A DNA stretch of 25,184 nucleotides, from positions 1-25,184 of the IMG/VR virus record IMGVR_UViG_3300032073_000228; one strand, given 5' to 3'. How positions within the stretch are numbered: the first letter of the stretch is position 1; each line of letters opens with the position of its first letter. Below the pieces are notes generated by a model that made no database searches, was not told where the DNA came from, and saw only the letters and a program-made list of their open reading frames with translations. This document shows positions 16,759 to 24,525 of this stretch, piece by piece. The translations under genes and the position numbers were made by a program. The DNA is from a virus (lineage: Duplodnaviria > Caudoviricetes).

Positions 16759-17298
16759 ATGAATATAGATGAAGCAATAGCAGAAGTTCAACAATCACGT
16801 TCCGCATACCAGTTGGTTCATTTTGTTATTGGACAGCATGACACACCTGAAATGTGTTTTTATCAACTGTGTTTAGAGTTACAAAGTTTACAAATGAAAC
16901 TGCGACGACATGATATTAACGTGCGTAGAACAAAAATTGAGATTGCCAGATTGAAAGAAACTGGCGATGAGATGGATGCTCTTGAGGCTGAGGAAAGAGA
17001 ACTCGAACTTGATAATTCGATTATTGTGCAACGTGGAGCGGAAAGAGAATACGAAATTTTAGTAGACTTGTTTAACAACTGTCAGCATTTCACTCGCGAT
17101 GAAATAGATCATGCTCAACCTGAATATTGGGAGAAGCGTTTAACACGGCAAACGAATTTGCAAATCATGTCAGGGAACGTGGGCTGGGCGCAATTAGATT
17201 CTTTGCGTCAAATAGATTTATTGGATGATCTCGTAGCGGATCGTGAGAAACAAATATTGGAACAGCAAAAAATGGAATTACAGGACTCAGGGCAATGA
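16759..17298 (+). CDS. Coiled-coil hypothetical protein (possible chaperone of the propeller)
   Basis: Helical, charged; start more likely ATG 16759, just after the upstream stop, than 16738. Confidence 0.7.
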   Translation: MNIDEAIAEVQQSRSAYQLVHFVIGQHDTPEMCFYQLCLELQSLQMKLRRHDINVRRTKIEIARLKETGDEMDALEAEERELELDNSIIVQRGAEREYEILVDLFNNCQHFTRDEIDHAQPEYWEKRLTRQTNLQIMSGNVGWAQLDSLRQIDLLDDLVADREKQILEQQKMELQDSGQ

Positions 17299-17678
17299 GA
17301 TATTTGAAATGGAAACTTTCTAACGGCACTTCTGGTACAAGCCCCAGCGCTACTTTCACTGAACGAGGCGGTCACATTACACCGTCTGAATATATTAACT
17401 CTGAAACAGGTTACAGGGTTGGTTATATGACAGAGGAAATTGATGACTTGTCAGGGTTAGAAGAATGGGATGTCACAGAAATCACTGAAGCAGAGGCTTT
17501 GGCATGGGCGCAACAATTTCATCCAGATGCGTTTATTAAGACCGCCGATCATACTTTTACTGGTTTGATTTCATCTTATTGGTGTGAAAATAATCCTCTT
17601 GTTGAACTCGGTTCACCTGATTTTGTTGATGCTTACAATAATGGTCCTTGGTCAGGGTATGAATTAGAGAACGAGTAA
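17295..17678 (+). CDS. Hypothetical protein
   Basis: 127 aa, ATGA overlap with the upstream gene; EITEAEALAWAQQ helix. Confidence 0.7.
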   Translation: MRYLKWKLSNGTSGTSPSATFTERGGHITPSEYINSETGYRVGYMTEEIDDLSGLEEWDVTEITEAEALAWAQQFHPDAFIKTADHTFTGLISSYWCENNPLVELGSPDFVDAYNNGPWSGYELENE

Positions 17679-17681
17679 ATA

Positions 17682-18158
17682 ATGGAAGAGATAACAGACG
17701 TAAAAAAGATAGGAGTATCCAGGCTAACGCTTGGACTTATCATGTCTGTTGCTTCCATTTCAGGTGTAGTCGTTTGGAAAGCAGCTTCAGTCGCTAATCA
17801 AATCTCTGATTTGGAAGCGAAAGTAGCTGTTATTGAACAGAACACTGGGACAGATTCGAGTGTTCTAGCAAAGTTAGATGAAATAGAGGAAGGTATTGTT
17901 GCAAATGCTTCTGCCATTGACAGCGTTAGGGCTGCTCGCCTTGACGATTTGGACAGGTTCGCGCCTTCTTTAATTGTTGAAGCTATAGCTTCTGACATGA
18001 ATGTTCTTATTGAAGATGTAGATGAGATGAAAGAGATCATTGCTTCTATGGCTTGGGTTCCTTCAGAATTTAGTACGATCTGGGATCGTATATATTTAGC
18101 TGAAGAAGCTATCCAAAGTAAGACATGGGGTAAAGACTTCTACGAATACAACGAATGA
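17682..18158 (+). CDS. Membrane-anchored coiled-coil protein (possible lysis accessory)
   Basis: Hydrophobic LTLGLIMSVASISGVVVW followed by heptad coiled coil; ATGA-coupled to the endolysin. Confidence 0.6.
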   Translation: MEEITDVKKIGVSRLTLGLIMSVASISGVVVWKAASVANQISDLEAKVAVIEQNTGTDSSVLAKLDEIEEGIVANASAIDSVRAARLDDLDRFAPSLIVEAIASDMNVLIEDVDEMKEIIASMAWVPSEFSTIWDRIYLAEEAIQSKTWGKDFYEYNE

Positions 18159-18886
18159 CCGATATAATCCCAAGAGAAGAATGGGGTGCGGAACCAGCTC
18201 GTTGGACAACCAATCAGAAACGACCAGTTGACCATGTGTTCATTCATCATGGCGCTACTCTTTTAAAAGATCACTCTCAAGAGGGTGAAGCTGCTATAGC
18301 TAGGGCATACCAGCGTTACCATTTCGGTAAATCCTGGGCTGACATAGCTTACAGTTTTCTTATTGGTTTAAAATCTGGTCGAATATATGAAGCTAGAGGC
18401 TGGTTTAATAGACCTGGTGCTACTAAGAATTGGAATCACAGGTCATACGCTATTTGTATTATTGGTGATACTACTCAACAAGTTATTTCTGATGAGGCTG
18501 TTCGGGCGATACATAATTTGATTAAAGAAGGAATCAAGCTGGGTTACATTTTGCCTGATTTTAATATACGTGGGCATCGTGATGTGAAGAATAAAGATTG
18601 CCCTGGTCATACTGCTTATTCTCGGTTACAGGAAATGCGCCCTGATGCGGAAACGGTAGTGGTTCCTAAGTTCGTTCCTCCGGCGTTTACAAAGCCTCTG
18701 AAGCTTCGCTGGCCTAGGAATAGGTCAGCCCTAGTCAAATGGGTTCAGGCGGTCTTAGGATTGCCCCTGAACGGAGATTATGGATGGCTGACAGTTCAGC
18801 GTGTTAAAGCTTGGCAGAAAGAAAACGGTCTTAAACCTGATGGTATTGTAGGTTCGATAACCTATAACAAGATGTTCGGAGAATGA
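18155..18886 (+). CDS. Endolysin: N-acetylmuramoyl-L-alanine amidase (Amidase_2/PGRP-like) with C-terminal peptidoglycan-binding domain
   Basis: IIPREEWGA, VFIHH, WADIAYSFLI, IYEARG, GHRDV...DCPG (His/His/Cys Zn ligands); C-terminal VKWVQ...GDYG..T..RVKAWQKENGLKPDGIVGSITY. Confidence 0.93.
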   Translation: MTDIIPREEWGAEPARWTTNQKRPVDHVFIHHGATLLKDHSQEGEAAIARAYQRYHFGKSWADIAYSFLIGLKSGRIYEARGWFNRPGATKNWNHRSYAICIIGDTTQQVISDEAVRAIHNLIKEGIKLGYILPDFNIRGHRDVKNKDCPGHTAYSRLQEMRPDAETVVVPKFVPPAFTKPLKLRWPRNRSALVKWVQAVLGLPLNGDYGWLTVQRVKAWQKENGLKPDGIVGSITYNKMFGE

Positions 18887-18887
18887 A

Positions 18888-19802
18888 GTGGCTCTTGATT
18901 ACCGCCAATCAGGGATTGATTACAGAGATTCAATCCGAAATTATTATGGTGTAGGTCATGCCACTGTTACCCCTTCGACGATTGCTTGCACAACTACACT
19001 TCCTGAAGTTCAAAGGAGTTTCCCTTACAGAGAATCAGGGATTGATTACAGGCAAACAGCGACAACGTATCGTGGGGACAACGCATCTGAAGTTAATATC
19101 GGTGCTGACCCTGCTATTAGCGTGGTTGCTGGTGTGGGTGCGGTTCCTGCGTCAACAGTATCGGGAAATGCGAGTGTCTCTCCTGCGTCGATAACATGCC
19201 CAGGGGCTACTGTCCCTTCGGTTACTGCTGCAAGTATCGTAACTGTTTCAGCTACGGCTGTTGAAGCTACAGGTGTTCCTCAAAATGTAACAGTTCTTTT
19301 ATTCACTGAAGCTGTTGCTGCTTCTGTTGCAGGTGTTGGTGCAGTACCAGCGCATGTCGTAACAGGTGACGCTCAAGTCTCCGCTGCGACTGTTGCTGCT
19401 AGTGCAACAATCCTTGCTGCTAGTGCCATATCTGGTACCGCAATAGCTACGCCTAATATTTTAAATAGCACAGCTACGGTAGGTGACCCTGATATGGCGA
19501 TGAGGTATGTGCCTAAATACGAAAACACTTTACCGACACAAGCTAAAGGTGAACCTGATTATCAACCATTAGCTCCCATGAACAGACTTGCACGTTTCTA
19601 TAGTCCAAGATCCAGGGGTTCTAATGTTTGGATTCTTTCAAACACTACTGTTACAACAGATCAACCTGTCACACCAGCTGATGTCGCTAATATAACTAGG
19701 ACTTTGTATGGCTCACATGAAAGTCCTAATGATTTAACTTCAACTGAAGCTACCCTTTTAATAGCAGCAGGTTATGACGTTACTGTTAAGGAGGCTGCCT
19801 GA
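18888..19802 (+). CDS. Structural protein with two Tyr motifs, ~7 Ala/Val/Thr-rich ~22-aa repeats and a compact C-terminal domain
   Basis: GTG start after GGAG; DYRxSGIDYR repeats; xAxVxPxxVxxxxxVP repeats; C-terminal RLARFY...RGSNVW...LYGSHE...EATLLIAAGY. Confidence 0.7.
   Translation: MALDYRQSGIDYRDSIRNYYGVGHATVTPSTIACTTTLPEVQRSFPYRESGIDYRQTATTYRGDNASEVNIGADPAISVVAGVGAVPASTVSGNASVSPASITCPGATVPSVTAASIVTVSATAVEATGVPQNVTVLLFTEAVAASVAGVGAVPAHVVTGDAQVSAATVAASATILAASAISGTAIATPNILNSTATVGDPDMAMRYVPKYENTLPTQAKGEPDYQPLAPMNRLARFYSPRSRGSNVWILSNTTVTTDQPVTPADVANITRTLYGSHESPNDLTSTEATLLIAAGYDVTVKEAA
18907..19051 (+). repeat. 19-bp exact direct repeat AATCAGGGATTGATTACAG (two copies)
   Basis: Copies at 18907-18925 and 19033-19051, each within a SGIDYR motif. 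Confidence 0.9.
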
Positions 19803-20155
19803 TGGGTACTAAATTAAGAAGAGAGAATGGTCGTTTTGTTAGCGACGCTACACCAGAAGAACGTGAAGCTTTCAGACGGAACGCTCGGTCTTTTAAAACT
19901 GCGCCTTCAGCTATGCCTTCTCGTAGTAGCGCAGCTGGTGAGAAAGAAGCTTGGAATGATTTGGAAACAGACATGGATTCCTACAAGCGTTTAAGAGATG
20001 ATGGTTTACAACCGCCTTCTATTCGTGGTTCTGCCGACTTAGAGAGTCGCGCTGAGACTAAGATGGAGGTGGAGTCGGGACAGATTGTTGAAGATAAAAC
20101 AACCCGTGACCAGGTAGAGAAAGTTATTAAAGAATCAAAGGATAGTGAAACATGA
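19802..20155 (+). CDS. Hypothetical protein (head completion region)
   Basis: 117 aa, charged; TGATG overlap; AGGAGG SD. Confidence 0.7.
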   Translation: MGTKLRRENGRFVSDATPEEREAFRRNARSFKTAPSAMPSRSSAAGEKEAWNDLETDMDSYKRLRDDGLQPPSIRGSADLESRAETKMEVESGQIVEDKTTRDQVEKVIKESKDSET

Positions 20156-21033
20156 CAGCACAAACCTGGATAGATAGAACTAGGGATTTGTTGCTCTCTG
20201 GGACTGTTGAAACAATCAACAGATTGAATGGTGTTATTAACAGCACTACAGCAGGGTCTTTTACTATTGAACTTGCTGCCGGTCCTATTGCCCCTGGTGC
20301 GGTTGTAGAAATTGGCACAGAGTTAATGTATGTGACATCGGTTAGTGGTCTTAATGTAGGTGTCATCAGAGGCTATGGTGGCTCTACTGCCACTACTCAT
20401 GCTGATGATTCTATTATTAGAATTTCACCTCAATACCCTGCTCACATGATCTTGGATGCTTTGAATGACGATTTGAATGATCTTTCAGCTCAAGGTTTAT
20501 ACCAAATGAAAGTAGCTACGTTTACTTACACGGCTTCCACTCAAGGGTACAATCTTGCTTCGGATGTTCTTAGTGTTCATCGTGTTACTTTCAGTGATGA
20601 GTCCGGTGATTTGTCAGAACCGGAAGTTCGTAGATGGTCGTTGCGTCGCAACAGGCTTTCTTCTACGTTCGCTTCTGAAACTGCTTTAGTTTTAGCTGAT
20701 ACACCAACGTCAGGTCAGGGTGTTCGTGTTGAATACAAAGCACCTTTCACTACTTTGAGTGCTTCTTCGACAGCTCTATCAACTGTTGGTCTTCATTCAG
20801 AAGCTTACGATCTGCCACCTTTAGGTGCAGCTTTAGCTTTGATGACTTTCAAACCGATAGCCCGTGAAAGTGTGATGACTCAATCTCCTATCAGACGAGC
20901 CGAGGAAGTCCCTTCGGGTGCTATTTCTGCGTCTATGCGTGATCTACGTTTCCGTCGTGAGCAACGGCTGGAAGCTGAGAAGATGCGTTTAGCGCGAATG
21001 TACCCTACTCAATGGCTTCGTAGCGGGGAGTAG
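20152..21033 (+). CDS. Head-tail adaptor / tail tubular protein A-like
   Basis: 293 aa; MTAQTWIDRTRDLL helix, ILDALND helix, ASTQGYNL beta region, VRVEYKAPF, C-terminal helices; upstream of the nozzle-like gene. Confidence 0.7.
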   Translation: MTAQTWIDRTRDLLLSGTVETINRLNGVINSTTAGSFTIELAAGPIAPGAVVEIGTELMYVTSVSGLNVGVIRGYGGSTATTHADDSIIRISPQYPAHMILDALNDDLNDLSAQGLYQMKVATFTYTASTQGYNLASDVLSVHRVTFSDESGDLSEPEVRRWSLRRNRLSSTFASETALVLADTPTSGQGVRVEYKAPFTTLSASSTALSTVGLHSEAYDLPPLGAALALMTFKPIARESVMTQSPIRRAEEVPSGAISASMRDLRFRREQRLEAEKMRLARMYPTQWLRSGE

Positions 21034-21035
21034 TA

Positions 21036-22895
21036 ATGGCGGTTTCGCCTCAATACGATATCTCTATAAATGGTCGAGGATACCAGGTTGATTACACTAA
21101 CTATCGTCGGAGAACTGTTCCCGCACAAAAAGAACAAAGGGATACATCGGAAGATGTTGGTGAGAATACTCTTAGTAATGTAGGTCAATGGGTTAGAAGT
21201 CAAACAGATTGGTCATACGGAGCTGGTCAAGAACATTATGACCTTCCTGATTCTGATAGAAGAAGGTTTCATACTTCTAAGAACGTAGACATTTTCACTA
21301 AAGGTCAGCTGACCATGTGTAAAGAGATCGAAAGAAAACAAGCTGTTGGCTCTAGCAGTAATATGTATGCCAGGATTGTTAATGGTTCTGTGTTTTATTT
21401 CTCTGATGGTTCTAATTTAAAATTCGGCAACCCAGATCAGTCCGGTGAAATTAGTTTTAGTGCCACTCCTATGGGTGGAACTATCACTGATTGGACTTCT
21501 GATGGCACGGATCTTTATGCCACGACTGGTTCAGCGGTTAAAAAAGAAACAGTTTCTAGCACTTCGACAGCTTCTACTATAGGAAGTTTCGCAGGGGATG
21601 TTATTGAGTACGCTAATGGAAGACTTATATCAGCTGATGGCGGGAGAATAGTAGAGCTGAATACTTCAGGTGCAGTTTTAACTTTTGATAAAACTCTTAC
21701 AGGAACCTGCCAAGCTATTAAAGGTGGGGCTAATTGTATTTATGCGGCATATAATGTAAATGGACAGGGAATCCTCTACGCGATAGGGATATCTGCAACA
21801 GACGGTTCTCTCTCTTATCCGGTTCCTGCGGCGGTGCTACCAGTGGGGGAAACATTCTCTACGCCGTTTAGTATCGATACGTTTGGAGAGCTTGTCATGG
21901 TAGGCACCTCCGCAGGGGTCAGGTTTGGTGTTGTTAATTCTAACGATCAACAATCAGTAACTTTTGGACCCGTTATAGATTCAGGTGGAGCAGTTTATGG
22001 TGTTCGTATCTCCGGTAAGTACGGATATTGGGGTACAAAAAATGGGGATACATATAAAGCTGACCTTTCTATTTTCACTTCGACACTCGTTCCAGCATAT
22101 TGCCGTTTTCTAGCATTTGATTCTGCGAGTTATGGGAACGTGCTTTCATTAGAAGTATACAATAGCAAATTATTTTTCACTGATAGCAATGGAGAAATAT
22201 ATGGTGAAGATGCTACTGGCGATCTTTCCACTTCAGCTGAACTAACAGTGGGTGAAGTTACTTTCGGGACTACAGCTTCTAAGGTTGGTCGAGCTGGTTC
22301 GGCTAGGTTCTCTAAAGATCAAAGCGTTTCTGCTTCAGGTGATTTAGATTACCGATTAGCAGGAGTTGATTACAGATCAGGTTCACATAACTATCGTGGT
22401 TTAGTTGAAGGTAATGTTACTGGTTCGGCAACGATTACTGTCACGGATGAAAATAACATTTCAACTGCTATGGCTGTTACAAGCACAGGAACAGAAGTAG
22501 CGTATTCTCCTGTAGATCCTGCTAGTGAAACATTTGTTATTAAAATAACTTTAGCCAGGGAAGCTGGTTCTACTACAGCTGGACCGATATTCCAACGCTG
22601 GTCTTTTCATGGCAGACCACAACCAGTTCGCATAGAAGAAATCATTGCACCATTAGTATTACAAGGGCAGGTTGCGACGATACATGGTGCGGGGGCTTTC
22701 GCAGGGTATGATAGTAAGGAAGAGTATTTACATTTGCGGAACCTTGCTAACCAATCAAAGGCGGTTACTTTTGAAGAAGGGGATCAATCGCTCACAGTCA
22801 CAGTTGAAGACATTGAAATGTCTCCAATTCGTATGAGCAACAATGATTCTTTTTGGGAAGGAACTCTTACATGCCGACTTCTAACAGTCCCATAA
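21036..22895 (+). CDS. Tail nozzle / tail tubular protein B-like beta-propeller protein
   Basis: 619 aa; DWSYGAGQ...SKNVDIFTKGQLTM entry motif followed by beta-propeller-like strands; GGGGAG SD; follows the adaptor. Confidence 0.7.
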   Translation: MAVSPQYDISINGRGYQVDYTNYRRRTVPAQKEQRDTSEDVGENTLSNVGQWVRSQTDWSYGAGQEHYDLPDSDRRRFHTSKNVDIFTKGQLTMCKEIERKQAVGSSSNMYARIVNGSVFYFSDGSNLKFGNPDQSGEISFSATPMGGTITDWTSDGTDLYATTGSAVKKETVSSTSTASTIGSFAGDVIEYANGRLISADGGRIVELNTSGAVLTFDKTLTGTCQAIKGGANCIYAAYNVNGQGILYAIGISATDGSLSYPVPAAVLPVGETFSTPFSIDTFGELVMVGTSAGVRFGVVNSNDQQSVTFGPVIDSGGAVYGVRISGKYGYWGTKNGDTYKADLSIFTSTLVPAYCRFLAFDSASYGNVLSLEVYNSKLFFTDSNGEIYGEDATGDLSTSAELTVGEVTFGTTASKVGRAGSARFSKDQSVSASGDLDYRLAGVDYRSGSHNYRGLVEGNVTGSATITVTDENNISTAMAVTSTGTEVAYSPVDPASETFVIKITLAREAGSTTAGPIFQRWSFHGRPQPVRIEEIIAPLVLQGQVATIHGAGAFAGYDSKEEYLHLRNLANQSKAVTFEEGDQSLTVTVEDIEMSPIRMSNNDSFWEGTLTCRLLTVP

Positions 22896-23107
22896 GTCTT
22901 AAAGATTTCACAGAAGCCACCAGGAATGGTGGTTCAGGGAGATGGTGCGACACTCTTCCTGAAGAACTTAAAGAAGAGATCATCGCTTCTAATGCTGGCT
23001 CTAAAGTTGTTTCAGATTGGTTGAAAACAGTTCACAAACTTGATGACGCTACCCCTAAAAAGGTTGAACCTCTACTCGACGAGCGAAGGAGAAGAGCTTC
23101 TGAGTGA
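22871..23107 (+). CDS. Small hypothetical protein (possible helical DNA-binding-like fold)
   Basis: Likely start ATG 22871 after GGAAGGA; overlaps both neighbours. Confidence 0.6.
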   Translation: MPTSNSPISLKDFTEATRNGGSGRWCDTLPEELKEEIIASNAGSKVVSDWLKTVHKLDDATPKKVEPLLDERRRRASE

Positions 23108-24170
23108 TTCTTTAGAAGAGTTCACTGAGATAAGTGTTCTCTTAGATCGTTTATCACGGTTAGAGAAAGCGCACACTAAAGCTAAGTCAGAGCTACGCAT
23201 AGCTCGTAAACAATCAGCTGCACTTTCAGAAGATGTAGAAGCTAACAATAAACTTCTTGATGCTTATGAAGCCAGCCGTAGGAAAACTATTCCCACCTGG
23301 TTGACTCCTAAGAAACCTAAGAAAAGTTCAGCAACAGTTGTGGCTATGATGTCTGACCTTCATTTGGATGAAGTCGTTGACCTGGATGAGATGGGTGGGG
23401 CTAATAAATATGATCGTTGCATAGCTGAGATGAGGTTAAAACGTTTCGTTGATAAGACAATAGAGCTGTCAGATTCTTATATAGATGGTGTGAGCATAGA
23501 TGGTCTTTGCCTTTTATGGGGTGGAGATATGTGTTCAGGTGATGTTCACGAAGAGTTAGCTCAAACCAATGAAGGTGTTTCTGGTTTAGATACGTGTGTT
23601 TATTGGTCACCAATTCTTGCAGCTTGTGTCACGAAGCTGGCAGATTTTTTTGGTAAGGTACATATATCTTCCGTTGTAGGTAATCATGGTCGGCAGACCA
23701 GGAAACCCCGAATGAAAGGTCGGGTAAGAGATAACTTAGATTTTCTACTAGCAACGATGACCGCTAACCTTTTGGAAAAAGATGCTCGTATTACTTGGGA
23801 CATACCTGACACAGCTGACTGTTTGGTTTCTGTGTATAACACTCGTATTCTTTTAACACATGGAGATCAGATTCGTGGTGGAGGAAACGGAGTGGGTGGC
23901 TTAATGGCTCCTGTTCTAAGAATGGTTGATAAGAAAAGACTTCATCAGCCTTTTGATGTGATGGCTTTCGGTCATTTTCATCAGCAAATACTTGACCCTG
24001 GCAACGGGGTCTTTGCCTGTGGTAGCAGTAAAGGAGTTGATGAGTTCTCAAGACTTATGAATTTCCGTGACTGTCCACCGTTGCAGGCGTATGCTGTAGT
24101 AACACCGACAAACGGTTTTACTTTTACAGCTCCGATATTCGTACAAGATAAAGAAAAAGAAGGATGGTAA
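23100..24170 (+). CDS. Calcineurin-like metallophosphoesterase with N-terminal coiled coil
   Basis: Full motif set SDLH, GGD, GNHGR, THGD, GHFH; start uncertain (CTG 23100 after AAGGAG, or TTG/ATG at 23040/23043). Confidence 0.85.
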   Translation: MSDSLEEFTEISVLLDRLSRLEKAHTKAKSELRIARKQSAALSEDVEANNKLLDAYEASRRKTIPTWLTPKKPKKSSATVVAMMSDLHLDEVVDLDEMGGANKYDRCIAEMRLKRFVDKTIELSDSYIDGVSIDGLCLLWGGDMCSGDVHEELAQTNEGVSGLDTCVYWSPILAACVTKLADFFGKVHISSVVGNHGRQTRKPRMKGRVRDNLDFLLATMTANLLEKDARITWDIPDTADCLVSVYNTRILLTHGDQIRGGGNGVGGLMAPVLRMVDKKRLHQPFDVMAFGHFHQQILDPGNGVFACGSSKGVDEFSRLMNFRDCPPLQAYAVVTPTNGFTFTAPIFVQDKEKEGW

Positions 24171-24175
24171 TAACC

Positions 24176-24382
24176 ATGATTACAAGAGATTTAATTGAAA
24201 GAGTTCTAGCAACTTTTTTCCAAGCTGCGATTGGTGCCATGTCGTCAAACTCCATGTTCGACCTAGGTGTTGACCAATGGAAGATGATGGCAGGTGCAGG
24301 TGTCGCTGCCGCTGTGTCCGTTATTAAGGGCGCTCTCGCTCAGAAAATTGGAACTAAAGGAACTTCTTCCTTAACTGACTGA
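24176..24382 (+). CDS. Holin (r1t-like, two hydrophobic segments)
   Basis: RDLIERVLATFFQAAIGAM...W...AGAGVAAAVSVIKG...GTSSL; alternative start ATG 24164. Confidence 0.8.
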   Translation: MITRDLIERVLATFFQAAIGAMSSNSMFDLGVDQWKMMAGAGVAAAVSVIKGALAQKIGTKGTSSLTD

Positions 24383-24384
24383 AT

Positions 24385-24434
24385 GGTTAGGGAGGGGGTT
24401 AAACCCGCCAGTTTTTCCTTCCCCCTCCCTAGCT
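24385..24434 (+). terminator. Inverted repeat ending the late operon (terminator-like)
   Basis: GTTAGGGAGGGGG (24386-24398) pairs with CCCCCTCCCTAGC (24421-24433), 22-nt loop, right after the holin stop. Confidence 0.7.
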
Positions 24435-24444
24435 AATAAATTGC

Positions 24445-24473
24445 TTGCATCTAACTATGATAACTCCTATAAT
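24445..24473 (+). promoter_or_regulatory. Near-consensus sigma70/SigA promoter
   Basis: TTGCAT (24445-24450), 17-bp spacer, TATAAT (24468-24473). Confidence 0.8.
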
Positions 24474-24525
24474 TAGAGGCATAGTCTAAGGGTCTAAAGG
24501 TGACCCAATAATAGAGGGGGTTCTT

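Noticed and set aside
23051-23065. Programmed frameshift (CCTAAAAAG) fusing the small ORF to the phosphoesterase
   Set aside because: Not a canonical X XXY YYZ heptamer, and the downstream gene is in the +1 frame rather than -1
998-24051. Numerous minus-strand and nested short ORFs in the ORF track
   Set aside because: All overlap longer + strand genes of a tightly coupled operon and show no recognisable motifs; treated as shadow ORFs
14328-24479. AATTAGAGG shared by two intergenic regions (14328-14336 and 24471-24479)
   Set aside because: A single 9-mer match in AT-rich DNA, at different positions relative to the -10 boxes, is compatible with chance
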